64,000 nt of DNA from Azolla caroliniana. Taxonomy: Eukaryota > Plantae > Polypodiophyta. The DNA lies in contig JBHGNT010000003.1 in NCBI GenBank assembly GCA_043228905.1, forward strand, positions 4,216,001-4,280,000. The letters are read 5' to 3'. Numbering within the stretch: position 1 is the stretch's first letter; each line of letters begins with the position of its first letter. Below, piece by piece: positions 53,370-64,000 of the stretch. A model generated the notes under the pieces. That model did not search any database. It saw only the letters and a program-made list of their open reading frames with translations, and was not told the DNA's origin. The position numbers were made by a program, and so were the translations under genes.

Positions 53370-53455
53370 TGTCACGATGACATATATAATTGGCTCACAA
53401 GGATTTGAACCCCCAACCTCTTGGCATACGTTTCAAATCTTTAACCATTATGCTC
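53370..53455 (+). mobile_element. ~85-bp LTR-end fragment (terminus plus tRNA-like module) related to the solo LTR at 39171-39621
   Basis: TGTCACGATGACATATATAATTGGCTCACAAGGATTTGAAC...TTTAACCATTATGCT aligns with the minus-strand start of that LTR, TGTCATGACGACATACATTTTGGCCTTACAAGGATTCGAGC...TTTAACCATTATACT. Confidence 0.75.
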
Positions 53456-53834
53456 TCTCTAAGGGAAATGGCCAAAACATACTGAGGGTATTCTGGGAAA
53501 TAAGAAAAAGCCCAGGGGCATTTCTTGCAAATACACTAAACACCACCCACCATGGCTGCATCCACTGTGAAGCTACCTACAAATTCTTCTTCTGCATCGA
53601 GAGGGAGAGAGTGAGAGAGACACGCACACAGAGAGCGAGAGATAGAGATACATAGAGAAAGAATCTGTATATTTCCGTTCAAACTTGAACTTCCCTAGAG
53701 ATAGAATCATTCTGTTTTCTCGCAGATATTGGGAATCCCTAACTCCTCTAAGGGAATTTGGGCAATGCGAGTTTCCTTGTATTTTCTTGCAACCCGAACT
53801 TGTCACACAAGAAATAAACGGTAATTCAATGTAA

Positions 53835-54038
53835 ACATGTGAAACCCTAAGTTTTCCTCTCAAAAGAAAAAGCTGGATTTGAAATGGACACATGTGAAAC
53901 CCTAATAGGTTGATGTCAGAAAAGCACTGAAGAAGCAATGGAAACCTGTGAAACCCTAACTGGCCACATAAGAAAATCACCATATTTGTATGATAATATG
54001 TGAAACACTAGCTATGTTGACATGTGAAAGAAACCTAA
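53835..54038 (+). promoter_or_regulatory. Cluster of TGTGAAACCCTAA motifs (telo-box core AAACCCTAA) upstream of the PPR ORF
   Basis: Exact copies near 53838, 53893 and 53947, and degenerate copies near 54000 and 54023. Function is inferred only. Confidence 0.45.
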
Positions 54039-54112
54039 CTTTTTAAGGGGGTTTATGGAGATTTGGATAACAAATTGGGGTGAGAATTGCAGGATTAAGC
54101 AATTCTGTGATT

Positions 54113-56341
54113 ATGTGGAAGGGAGTAAGCATAGCAGAAGCATTGCAGAAAATTGAGGAGTTTATCTACTTACTGCAAAAATGTAGAAAGTTGAAAGATT
54201 TGGCATATGCCCACCGACTGCATTTATGCATTCAGAATTTCTCAGAAAGAAAGGCATATGAATATCTTGGTAATCACATTGTGCCGATGTTCATTGAATG
54301 TGGGAGCATTTTTTATGCCGAGGAAGTATTCTGGAACCTTCTTTCACCGAATGTACATGCCTGGACTTCTCTAATTGTTGGCTATGTTCTTCATGAAAGA
54401 AGTTCTGAAGCTTTTGATTTATACCAAAAAATGCAAGACAACGAAGTATACCCAAGTGGTCACACCTTGGTAGCGTTGGTTAAAGCTTGCATTCAGATTC
54501 ATGATGTTCGGAAAGTTCATGATGAAGTGGTAAGAAAAGGATTTGAAACTGATGTTTTTGTTGGTAGCTCCCTAATAGATAAATACATAAAGTATAATTC
54601 ACTTTCGGAGGCACTCCGGCTTTTCGATTTGTTATCGGTTCGAAATGTAGTAACATGGAACGTGCTCATCGCAGGATATGCAGAGCAAGATGGATTTAGT
54701 TATGAAGCATATAACTGTCTTAAGCAAATGGAGTTGGATGGTATTTGCCCTGACGATGCCACATTCCTTGGCATGTTGAAAGCTTCTAGTGCAATAAAAC
54801 ACATTGAGGGCGGTAGAATATTGCATACTGAAATCTTACTACGGGGACTTGAAAGAGAGATTTCTATTGGAAATACTCTCATTGACATGTATGCTAAATG
54901 CGGATATATTTCAGAAGCACGATTCATCTTTAAAAAGATGTTGATGCGGACAATGGTGTCATGGAATGCAATGATTGGAGCATATATCGAGCATGGCTTT
55001 GATCAAGAAGGACTAAACTGCTTTTATCAGATGGAAAGTGACGGATGTGCTCATAATCCGGTTACATTGGTGTGTGTATTGAAAGCATGTATCAACTTAA
55101 ACGTATCTCATAGGGGGAAAGAAATTCACATAGAGATGATGCAAAAGGGATATGAAAGAGAAAGTGTTCTTTGTAGCAGACTGGTTGATGTGTATGCGAA
55201 AAATGGTTTGATGGAAGAAGCATGGGCCACCTCATGTGAGCTACCATTCCGAGATGTAATCTTGTGGAATACATTAATTTCAGGTTATGCTGAACAGGAT
55301 CCAGGCTCTAAAATGCTTGAATGTATGGAAAAAATGCAGCTTGAGGATGTTTCCCCAAATAATATAACATTTGCAAACATGCTAAAAGGTTGTTTTAAAT
55401 GTGAATCGTTAGATAAATGTCTAATGCCACTACATATAGAGATAATAATGAGAGGCTTTGATGAAGATGTCTTTGTTGGGAGCAGCTTAGTAGACATGTA
55501 TGTTAAACATGGATCGCTATTGGAAGCAAAAATAATCTTTGATAGACTTCTCAGTAAGAATATAGTATCGTGGACTGCATTGATTTCAGGTTATACTGAA
55601 TATGGATGTAATCAAGAAGCATTGAAATATTTCTATCAATCAGAGTGCCAGGGTATTTCTCCAAATTCTGTAATGTTTGCCTCTGCTTTGAAGGCATGCA
55701 ATAATACTGGTTGTATCAAGCAAGGCCAGAACTTACACACAAAAATAGTAGAAAAAGGCTTTGATCACGAGGTGGTTCTTGCTAACACACTAATCGATCT
55801 TTATGCAAAAGGTTGTTCACTTGAAGAAGCATATAAAGTGTTTCAAAGAATGCCTATTCGAACAGTTGAGTCATGGAATGTAATGATTAAAGGATATGGT
55901 ATGAATGAGGAAGGGAAAATGGCTATACAGCTATTCAAAGAAATGCTAGATAATGAAGTTCAGCCTAATGATATAACATACACTTGCATTCTAAGTGCTT
56001 GTAGCCATGGAAGTTTGGTTTCAGAGGCTCGGGTCATTTTTGAAAATTTCAATAAACGATACAACAATATTCCACCTCTAGATACATATGCTTGTATGGT
56101 TGATGTTTTTGCACGCTCAGGGAATCTGCATGAAGCCGAGAAATTGCTCAAAACAGTGCCATGTTCTCCATCTCTAGACATGTGGTTTGCTTTATTTAGT
56201 GCATGTAAAACGCATGAGGATGTGGACGTAGGGTATAGGTGCTTTGAGCAGCTGAAGAATATGAACCCAAAATATGATGCACCTTATTTCCATTTCCAAG
56301 ATGTTTATGAATGTGCTCAAGTGTCTCAAGGTGTTACATGA
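54113..56341 (+). CDS. PLS-class PPR protein with an E-type extension and no intact DYW domain (~742 aa from the first ATG)
   Basis: Single long ORF with repeated GSSLVDMYVKHG / NVVTWNVLI motifs, ending in YACMVDVFARSG..WFALFSACKTH..DAPYFHF. A possible acceptor TTGCAG at 54092 suggests an upstream exon. Confidence 0.92.
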   Translation: MWKGVSIAEALQKIEEFIYLLQKCRKLKDLAYAHRLHLCIQNFSERKAYEYLGNHIVPMFIECGSIFYAEEVFWNLLSPNVHAWTSLIVGYVLHERSSEAFDLYQKMQDNEVYPSGHTLVALVKACIQIHDVRKVHDEVVRKGFETDVFVGSSLIDKYIKYNSLSEALRLFDLLSVRNVVTWNVLIAGYAEQDGFSYEAYNCLKQMELDGICPDDATFLGMLKASSAIKHIEGGRILHTEILLRGLEREISIGNTLIDMYAKCGYISEARFIFKKMLMRTMVSWNAMIGAYIEHGFDQEGLNCFYQMESDGCAHNPVTLVCVLKACINLNVSHRGKEIHIEMMQKGYERESVLCSRLVDVYAKNGLMEEAWATSCELPFRDVILWNTLISGYAEQDPGSKMLECMEKMQLEDVSPNNITFANMLKGCFKCESLDKCLMPLHIEIIMRGFDEDVFVGSSLVDMYVKHGSLLEAKIIFDRLLSKNIVSWTALISGYTEYGCNQEALKYFYQSECQGISPNSVMFASALKACNNTGCIKQGQNLHTKIVEKGFDHEVVLANTLIDLYAKGCSLEEAYKVFQRMPIRTVESWNVMIKGYGMNEEGKMAIQLFKEMLDNEVQPNDITYTCILSACSHGSLVSEARVIFENFNKRYNNIPPLDTYACMVDVFARSGNLHEAEKLLKTVPCSPSLDMWFALFSACKTHEDVDVGYRCFEQLKNMNPKYDAPYFHFQDVYECAQVSQGVT

Positions 56342-59300
56342 AGAGGAGAATATCTGGGGATAAAAGAAAGTTGTGAAGAACAATGACAATTATAATGTGG
56401 ACAAAAGATGAGACAAATGATGACCGATCATTTTTCATAGGTAAATGGGATGCGGACAATGCCAAATGTGGTAAATGAGGCAAGGGATTGCTTTCATACC
56501 ATGGCTAGCTAGAGTTTATTGCTAAAGATGAATTTAGTGCAAGCGTCTTTCCCGGTGAGAGGTGTTCTTTGCATTGTACTACTACAAAGAAAATTAAATT
56601 GTACAATCTTATAGTTTCTCATATAGCAAGGCTTCTTAATTTGTACAGAGACATTAGAACCCGTGTTCTATGGAATATGCACCATAGCGTTAGATCATAC
56701 ATTGATCTGATATTGGTATTCATGTACCATTATGACTGCCTAATGCACGCTATAAGTGGCAAGATTGGCTTGGTTCGTGTGCTACTTGTTTAAATGTATT
56801 AATCTAGTGAAGTTGCACAATTGAAAAGATTAACATTATACAGTCAACGCGTGGGTGATTAAGAATCTCAAAAAACCATTAATCACCCATAAAACTTGAC
56901 AAGTCCATTCTAAAGTAATAACATCTTGGCGACATCAAAATTTATATATCTTCTGAAATACACAAATAGGGGGATTACAACTTCACAAGGTTGAATTCAC
57001 AAGTTGAAGATAAAACGGACGTTCCAAAAATGCCAAGGAGAATACAGGATTGTGAACAATGGAAGTGCATGATAGATCAAATTGTCAACCTCTTGCTCAT
57101 GGTGGATATGCTTGAAGAAGACTAGCTGGCTTTCAGAGTAGGCACTGAAGGATTCGAGGTGGGAAAATTCTATGAAGTTATTGTGGGTACTATACCATGG
57201 ACTTGGTAAATAGACCAAAAAAGGTCATTGTGATGAAGGCCTAGAAAACCAAGTTCCCAAGTTTATTGAACCATGGGCAAATAGAAGACAAGAATAATAA
57301 TGAAAGAGTGTGTATTATATAAGTGAGCAATTTTTGAGGAATCATTTGGTCTGATTGCAAGGCCCAAAAGTATTTGAACAGTTGTAAAAAGGAACATAGT
57401 TGTAATTTAGTCAATAAGGGAGAAGTATAAAGCTAAAGCTATAAAGCTTTTACAAAGGTTCTCCCAAGAGCTAAAGCTTAAGCCTCACTCTCTCTCTCCC
57501 TTAATCATTATGCTAATTTGTATCTCTAATAACTTGTAAGTATCTAAGACTACAAATGGAAAGCCAAACCAAGTTGGAGACTTCTTGTCTCTTTATTCTT
57601 TTATCAAATGCTTAGAAACATCTTATAGTCTCTTCATGGTTAAGTATAAAGTTAGGTTTTTTATGTTGATTAGGTTATAGATTGCATTTAGAGTTGGTTT
57701 TTGTAGTTATTCTATGCATAAGTAGCTTGAGGGTGATTGAAATTCACCCTCGCTTGTTTCCCTTACAAAAGGGTAGATGATGGTACATCCCCACACACCA
57801 TCCTTGAGGTAGTTCTCAAGAACTCTTGAGTAAGAAGTAGCTCTCCCTCCATAAGGATATCAAAAGATTAGTATAACAAAGCCTTTATTCATTTTATGAA
57901 CATTAGTATATATCTTTTGAAAGTTTTGTAAATCAATTTACTAATATATGTTTGTTAATTTACCCAACATTTCCCTTCAAGTGTTAGCATGTCAATGTTG
58001 AGATAGAGCCATAGAGGTTTTATACAAAGAGAGATCGATGGCATGATGGCACAATACACAAAGACCATTCATGTGAAATTCCTCTTATTATAAACTCTTG
58101 TATTTGTAAATGTTGAAGAGTTTTCTAATAGCAAAGTAGTAAACAAATATAAATATCAACTTACATTTACAAGTATTTAAACCCAATCAAGTATGTCTAA
58201 CATTAAACAAATTTGAGGGTATCTTTACGATTTTTAATCTCATGATTTCAAGAAATAAGGAGAGATAAAACAAATAAAGTAAAGTTTATGACAACAAAGT
58301 GCCATTAGAAATATAATAAAAAAATGATTATAATGTATACCTATTCCATTATAAGGCTCATTTATAAGAGAGAGCTCAAGAAATAAAATAAACGATGATA
58401 ATAAGGTATACCTAGTTCCGATAGGGATGTGATTAGCATACTTTTTGTGGAAGAGAATTAAAAAAAAGGTAAGAGAAGGAAAAGTTCCCAGGAGAATTGG
58501 AACTTAAGTTTCATGAGATTTGTGTCTTTTTTAGTTTAACTTTCATGATTCAGATTCTCTTTAGCAGGTTTTTGATTATTATCCTGAGGAGCTAATCTCG
58601 ATCCTTAAGTGTTAAGCCCTTTTAGGATTCAAGCCCTTCATCCTTATGAAAGTCAAGCATGCGACATTTATGTGATTATCAAAAGTTTCAACCAACTTAG
58701 TTCATAGTAGGAAAATATTGTTAAATTCATAAACCTGTTCCCCTTTCCCAATGAGCCAATATTGTTCTCTTATAAGAAACCATATAAACCACCATTTTCC
58801 CCCTTCATGATTAAAACAAAAGTGACACAAATCAACACATTCTCGTAAAATTGTAAAAGCAATAACTAAGTTAAGGATATTCCTTTAAATGTTATTTCTC
58901 CGGGATTCAAGGAGAAAAGAAAAGTCACATAACATATCAAGGTCAATAACATATTTTATTGCTCAAAATTAGTGTAAACAAATTGAGACAACAGACGATG
59001 TTAGGGTTTGACAAACACTCTAAAAGTTTCCATCTCCAATCCATTTAAAACTTGCTGGAAAATTCAAATCTCAATAAACATTTTTTCAATGTCTTGGATG
59101 GATTTCAAATCCTAACAATGTCATTTCAACCCACCTCAAGTTCACGTCATTGTTTTCCATGCTGGTGAGTGTGACGAATGAGAAACGTAATCATGACATA
59201 TCGCAAGAAGAAAATAAAGGAAAAGACAATTACGGTAGTGCCTTACATATGACTCCCAAAGGAGTTGTATTCTTTGTGGTTTGAAACATGTAGAATCAAC

Positions 59301-59784
59301 CCAAAGCTCATATGAATATTGTGTTTTAGTTGCATAACATGCGAAAATACCCTCGTGATTCCTATATCGTTGACCTTATCTACCAAAAGCAAGATCATAT
59401 ATGCTCCTCTTAAAACAAGTCTAGGTTTTCATTGACCTAAGCTACTCACATACATGGAAAACCCAAACACGCTCAAAAGTAAAAAGCGAAGATCTTGACT
59501 CGCAAGAGTGTGGCTTGAGTGGGAAAAAAAATGGAGTCCTAAATTTGAATTGCGTGAACGACGAAGTGGATGGAAAACGGGCACGTACCCTAGTAAAACA
59601 ACGACAAAATGCGTGTGCGTGTGCATGCGGTCCCGCTAGACTATGTATCTCGAAACGAGAGAGAAATGGTGTGTGAGAGAGTGTGCAAGGGTGTGTGCGT
59701 GTGTGTGTACGGGTGCGCTCACATGTGTTCCTATGGTACTATCCTTAGAAACTAGGCCACAAATTGGGCGGAACTCCGTGCACA

Positions 59785-59878
59785 TGTATACATGTATATG
59801 TATATGTATGTATGTATATGTATATATGTATTTGTGTATGTATGTATGTATGTATGCATGTACATATATGTATGTATG

Positions 59879-59921
<43 letters not shown>

Positions 59922-59995
59922 GTATGTATGTACATATATGTATATGTATATGTATATGTATGTATGTATGTATATGTATATGTACATGTATGAAT
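59785..59995. repeat. (TATG)/(TATATG) low-complexity tract
   Basis: Seen directly in the sequence. Confidence 0.92.
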
Positions 59996-60067
59996 GTGAT
60001 GGAAAAGGGTTAGGACCCAAACAAAGTCATACAAAGACACATTCTTGTCATGTCTAGGATGTCATGT

Positions 60068-60106
<39 letters not shown>

Positions 60107-60668
60107 TTGATATAGTCTTTTTCCACTATGTATGTAGTAGTGGTTGGTACTTGAGAAAAAAAGGAAGATAATCAATGACCTCACCCACATACTCACACAC
60201 CCCCTCACATATATATATGACTCATTAACTCATTACATCTCATCTCAACCATCAGAACATGATCCATACTCATCACTCAACTCATTCATCCCTCACTAAT
60301 CTCACTCACTCACTCATACACACTTTAATTCAATTCCCTCTCTCTCTCTCTTAATCACCCCTTAATCCTCCCTTAATCACAATTTGAATACCCTTTAATT
60401 GAATCCATCCCTCTCTTTTAATCATCCCTTTCATCCCTCATCCTCTCTTGGTTCACTCCCTTATTGCACTGAATCCATGTCTTCTAAACACTCCATCCTC
60501 CCTTAATCCTCTCTTAATCCCATCCTTAATCCTCCATTAATGACCTTTCAATTCTCCATTGACCCTCTCCCAATCCTCTCTCGCTTGCACATCTCCATAG
60601 TGATTACTTAACCCCCACCCCACTCCCACTAATCCTCCTCCTCCACCCTTCTTAATCTTTGTTTTTGC

Positions 60669-63600
60669 ATGGACCACTCTTACAGCACCTACAATCCTAA
60701 TGACTTTAGTTACTTCCATAATCCAATCCACGAGCCTCCTCCTCAGGATGATCTATGGCATCATATGGAACCCTATAACCTTAATCATCTCGTGATTAAC
60801 CCTATTAATCCTTCCCCCAATCTTCTTAATCCTGTCTCCAAACTGTGCCAGGAATTGATCCAGATGTGCCATTGCTCCTACTACTGCATTTGGAAACCTT
60901 CCCCTGCCTCTACCCCTAGCTCATCATCATCATCATCTCTGCAACCTAACGGGTAATGCCACTTAACCCCTTGAATTTGGGCAAGCATGCCATCAATAAG
61001 GCTAATTCATCCGCCGATCAATATAATTAAACTGCTTAATCCACTAATCATACTTATCCAACTTCTAATTAAGCCACTAATTGCCCACTAATTACATTCA
61101 TTAACTACCCACTGAGAAGTTGACTCATTAGGTACCCTGAATGCATTCATACATATCAATCCATTAAATGTACTCATTGAATACTAATTAACTTGATTGT
61201 CATATTAATTAATTACCAAACTACACACTAAACACATTCATTGCTCCCCACAAGAAACAGGATTCATTAGGTACCCATTAACACATAATGCATTATCTTC
61301 CCATTAACACTGTCATTAGCTGCGCAAATACCAATCAAATTTAACTTAATCATGTAACTAATCATTTGCACGTTAACCAACTCCTAATAAACACATTCAT
61401 TGACTTGTGCTTAACCATGGAGCCGATTCCATTAAAAGTCCATTCAATCGTTTCAATAACCATAATTTGTTGCCCTATGATTCAATTTAAATTCCTTAAT
61501 TCAATCCATAAAATATTTAGCCAATTCATCATAATAACTTCCTTAATGAATCTCTTCTGCTAGACTATTTATCATAGATTATAAATACATTCAATGATTC
61601 GATCTAATTGTTTTGTTTTTTTATGCAGGATGATATATAATGGTGGTGATGTAAATGCATTGATTCAAGACAACACAGAGTCAACTAAAATCAAGCTTCT
61701 CCTACAAAGATACGAAACACAACATTTCATTCCATCATCTGAAACGGGGTAAACTAGAACTAATTAAGACTCATTAATTAAGAATCAGCCATCCTTAATT
61801 GGCCCACTTAATTATAAATTTTTAAGTCCATTACTAACTTATAAGGTGTCACATTAGCTAGTTGTAATTTGAAGCAACTGATTTTTGTAGATTGGCTGGA
61901 GTTGCGATGGAATCTAGAAAGTCACAATTCTCTTATGTCCATGACATTATAGGTCCAACTCATCAAATCTTTAAGGTGATTATTGCTGAATCAAGTTAAC
62001 TCCATGATCTGTGCTAGCCAATCAATCCTAATGAACCCCAGGAGCAGTGGCTATCAAGAGTAATAATTAACCCCATGATTAGTTTTAATTAAGCATAATG
62101 TATTCTCTCCTGGACTGACAATTTTGTCTCTAATTGTTTGTTGAATTGGGTTGCTACTGATTCAATGGGGAAACAAAAATAAATAAATCAAATTCAGGAT
62201 GCTTCCATCCAGGTAATAAAAAATTGAATGAACAGAATTTAGTTCAATTTTTGTGTACACACATTGATTAAATTTGAATGATGCTCTTCAGAATTGTGAT
62301 CAGTGAATTTAGTCTCTAATTAGTCTTATATTTCCATGGCAGACCTTGCTATGGGTACCCTTCCATGAAGGTGGACAAGTTATGGAGCTTGGCACCACAC
62401 ACTTGGTATGTTATTGTTCCTTCTCAGTCCTTTCCTAACTGTATATACATACGTACATACATACATAGACATAGATACATACATAGATGGATGGATAGAT
62501 ACATACATAGACATAGATACATACATAGATGGATGGATAGATACATACATAGACATAGATACATACATAGATGGATGGATAGATAGATAGATACATACAT
62601 ACATACATAGACATAGATACATACATACATAGATGGATGGATGGATAGATACATACATACATACATAGACATCGATACATACATACATAGATGGATGGAT
62701 GGATAGATACATACATACATACATAGACATCGATACATACATACATAGATGGATGGATGGATACATACATACATACATACATACATACATACATACATAC
62801 ATACATACATACATACATACATACATACATACATACATACATACATACATACATACATACATACATACATACACAAACATAGATACATACATAGATGGAT
62901 GGATGGATACATACATACATACATACACAAACATAAATATACACAATGATACATACATACATATATGCATCTATGTATACATATACACACATAATATATA
63001 TACTTCAATCTCCACCACAACTCTCATTGTACATCGTCCCCTTCCCAATAGGGTAAGTGTCCGTCCAGTGGGTACCATGTGTCCGTCTTGTGGGTGCCTC
63101 ATGTTCGTCCCCTTCAGTGTATCTCAATCTCAATGTTATGAGCAAATTAATCGGTGGTGTGTCATGAGGACATGGGGGGGTTTGTCGTCCCTTGCCCTAA
63201 AAGAACCCACACTAAGCTCATCATGTTTGTTTGCGAAATCACAATGTCACTCAACCATAGTTACATTGGTTCATAGAATAATAGCTAAGGTTAGTTGATT
63301 CTGAGTGAAGGTCAAATGAACAATTGGCATGATCCCATCACACTACCTTTGTAGAGAAATGAAGTTCTTGATTATGAGTTGAAACCAACCCATTGCCCAA
63401 TTATACCTCACCTCTATAGAATCATTTGATGTTAAAACACTACATAGGAATACAATGGATCAATAGCTCATTAAATGTTCTTATTGTAATGCTAATTGTA
63501 GGTGCAAGGGATAGATGCCTTGTTGGATCAAGTATATATGTTCCTCAAAGGACAAACTCGTGGAGAGAGTATGGTAAAGAGCACGAACAACTCAGATCAT

Positions 63601-64000
63601 ATGGTTGATTTTGACACAAATTTGTTTTGCTTGGACACGAATACATCGGTAAACATAACTCCATTTGACCTCATGGACACCCTCGAAATGCCATTCAATC
63701 AACCCAACCCTTCCATCGTTGATTACAATTTTCCTCACAGTCATGATTCCAACAATATTTCCATCATTGATTTGTTTGAACACACTAATGATAATTCTTT
63801 GTATATTAACAATAACAAGTCGCCGACTCAATTAAATTATGATGACCAACTCTCCATCGACCACATACAATCACTAGTTAGTTTTGCACCTAGTTTGGAA
63901 CAAACCCATGACCTTCCTACATTGGCTAATGTTAATCAACAACAATATTTTCATAATGATGCTCCACATCACGTTAGCTCTACAGAGGATACATTTGACA
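60669..64000 (+). CDS. bHLH-MYC_N-domain transcription factor (N-terminus resembles bHLH041/R-type); 3' part lies beyond the window
   Basis: Exons 60669-60952, 61629-61748, 61891-61975, 62198-62212 (DASIQ), 62343-62405 (TLLWVPFHEGGQVMELGTTHL) and 63502->64000 (VQGIDALLDQVYMFL..., open to the edge) have consistent phases. Motifs CSYYCIW and GLAGVA. The bHLH domain itself is not visible. Confidence 0.75.
62445..63000. repeat. Compound (CATA)/(GATG)/(GATA) satellite with higher-order ~36-48-bp units, in a bHLH intron
   Basis: Seen directly in the sequence. Confidence 0.92.

Noticed and set aside
56960-57970. Possible old LTR remnant (purine tract at ~56965, CCCAACA at ~57969)
   Set aside because: No matching 5' terminus, TSD or second copy was found.

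Overview
Land-plant nuclear DNA, probably from a fern-like lineage (an inference from the PLS-PPR content, TE-filled introns and (CATA)n tracts). I read splice sites by hand to build seven protein genes: mitochondrial intermediate peptidase (-, 17 exons, runs off the left edge), a UBP27-like deubiquitinase (+), a clade-D PP2C (-), two single-ORF PLS-E PPR genes, an ABCI10-like ATPase (-) and a bHLH-MYC_N factor with a 15-bp micro-exon (+, runs off the right edge). There is also a decayed PPR pseudogene. Non-genic highlights are: (1) a tRNA-like A-box/B-box module lying antisense in the U3 region of two different LTR families (4 copies); (2) a nest of an L1, a Gypsy element, an inverted Copia remnant and a solo LTR, with TSDs on all but the Copia remnant; (3) a ~700-bp intronic palindrome built from two LINE 3' ends; (4) a ~165-bp plastid rpl14 insert inside an intronic tandem repeat; (5) a Copia-type solo LTR sitting next to a copy of its own empty site. 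All family assignments come from motif recognition, not database searches.
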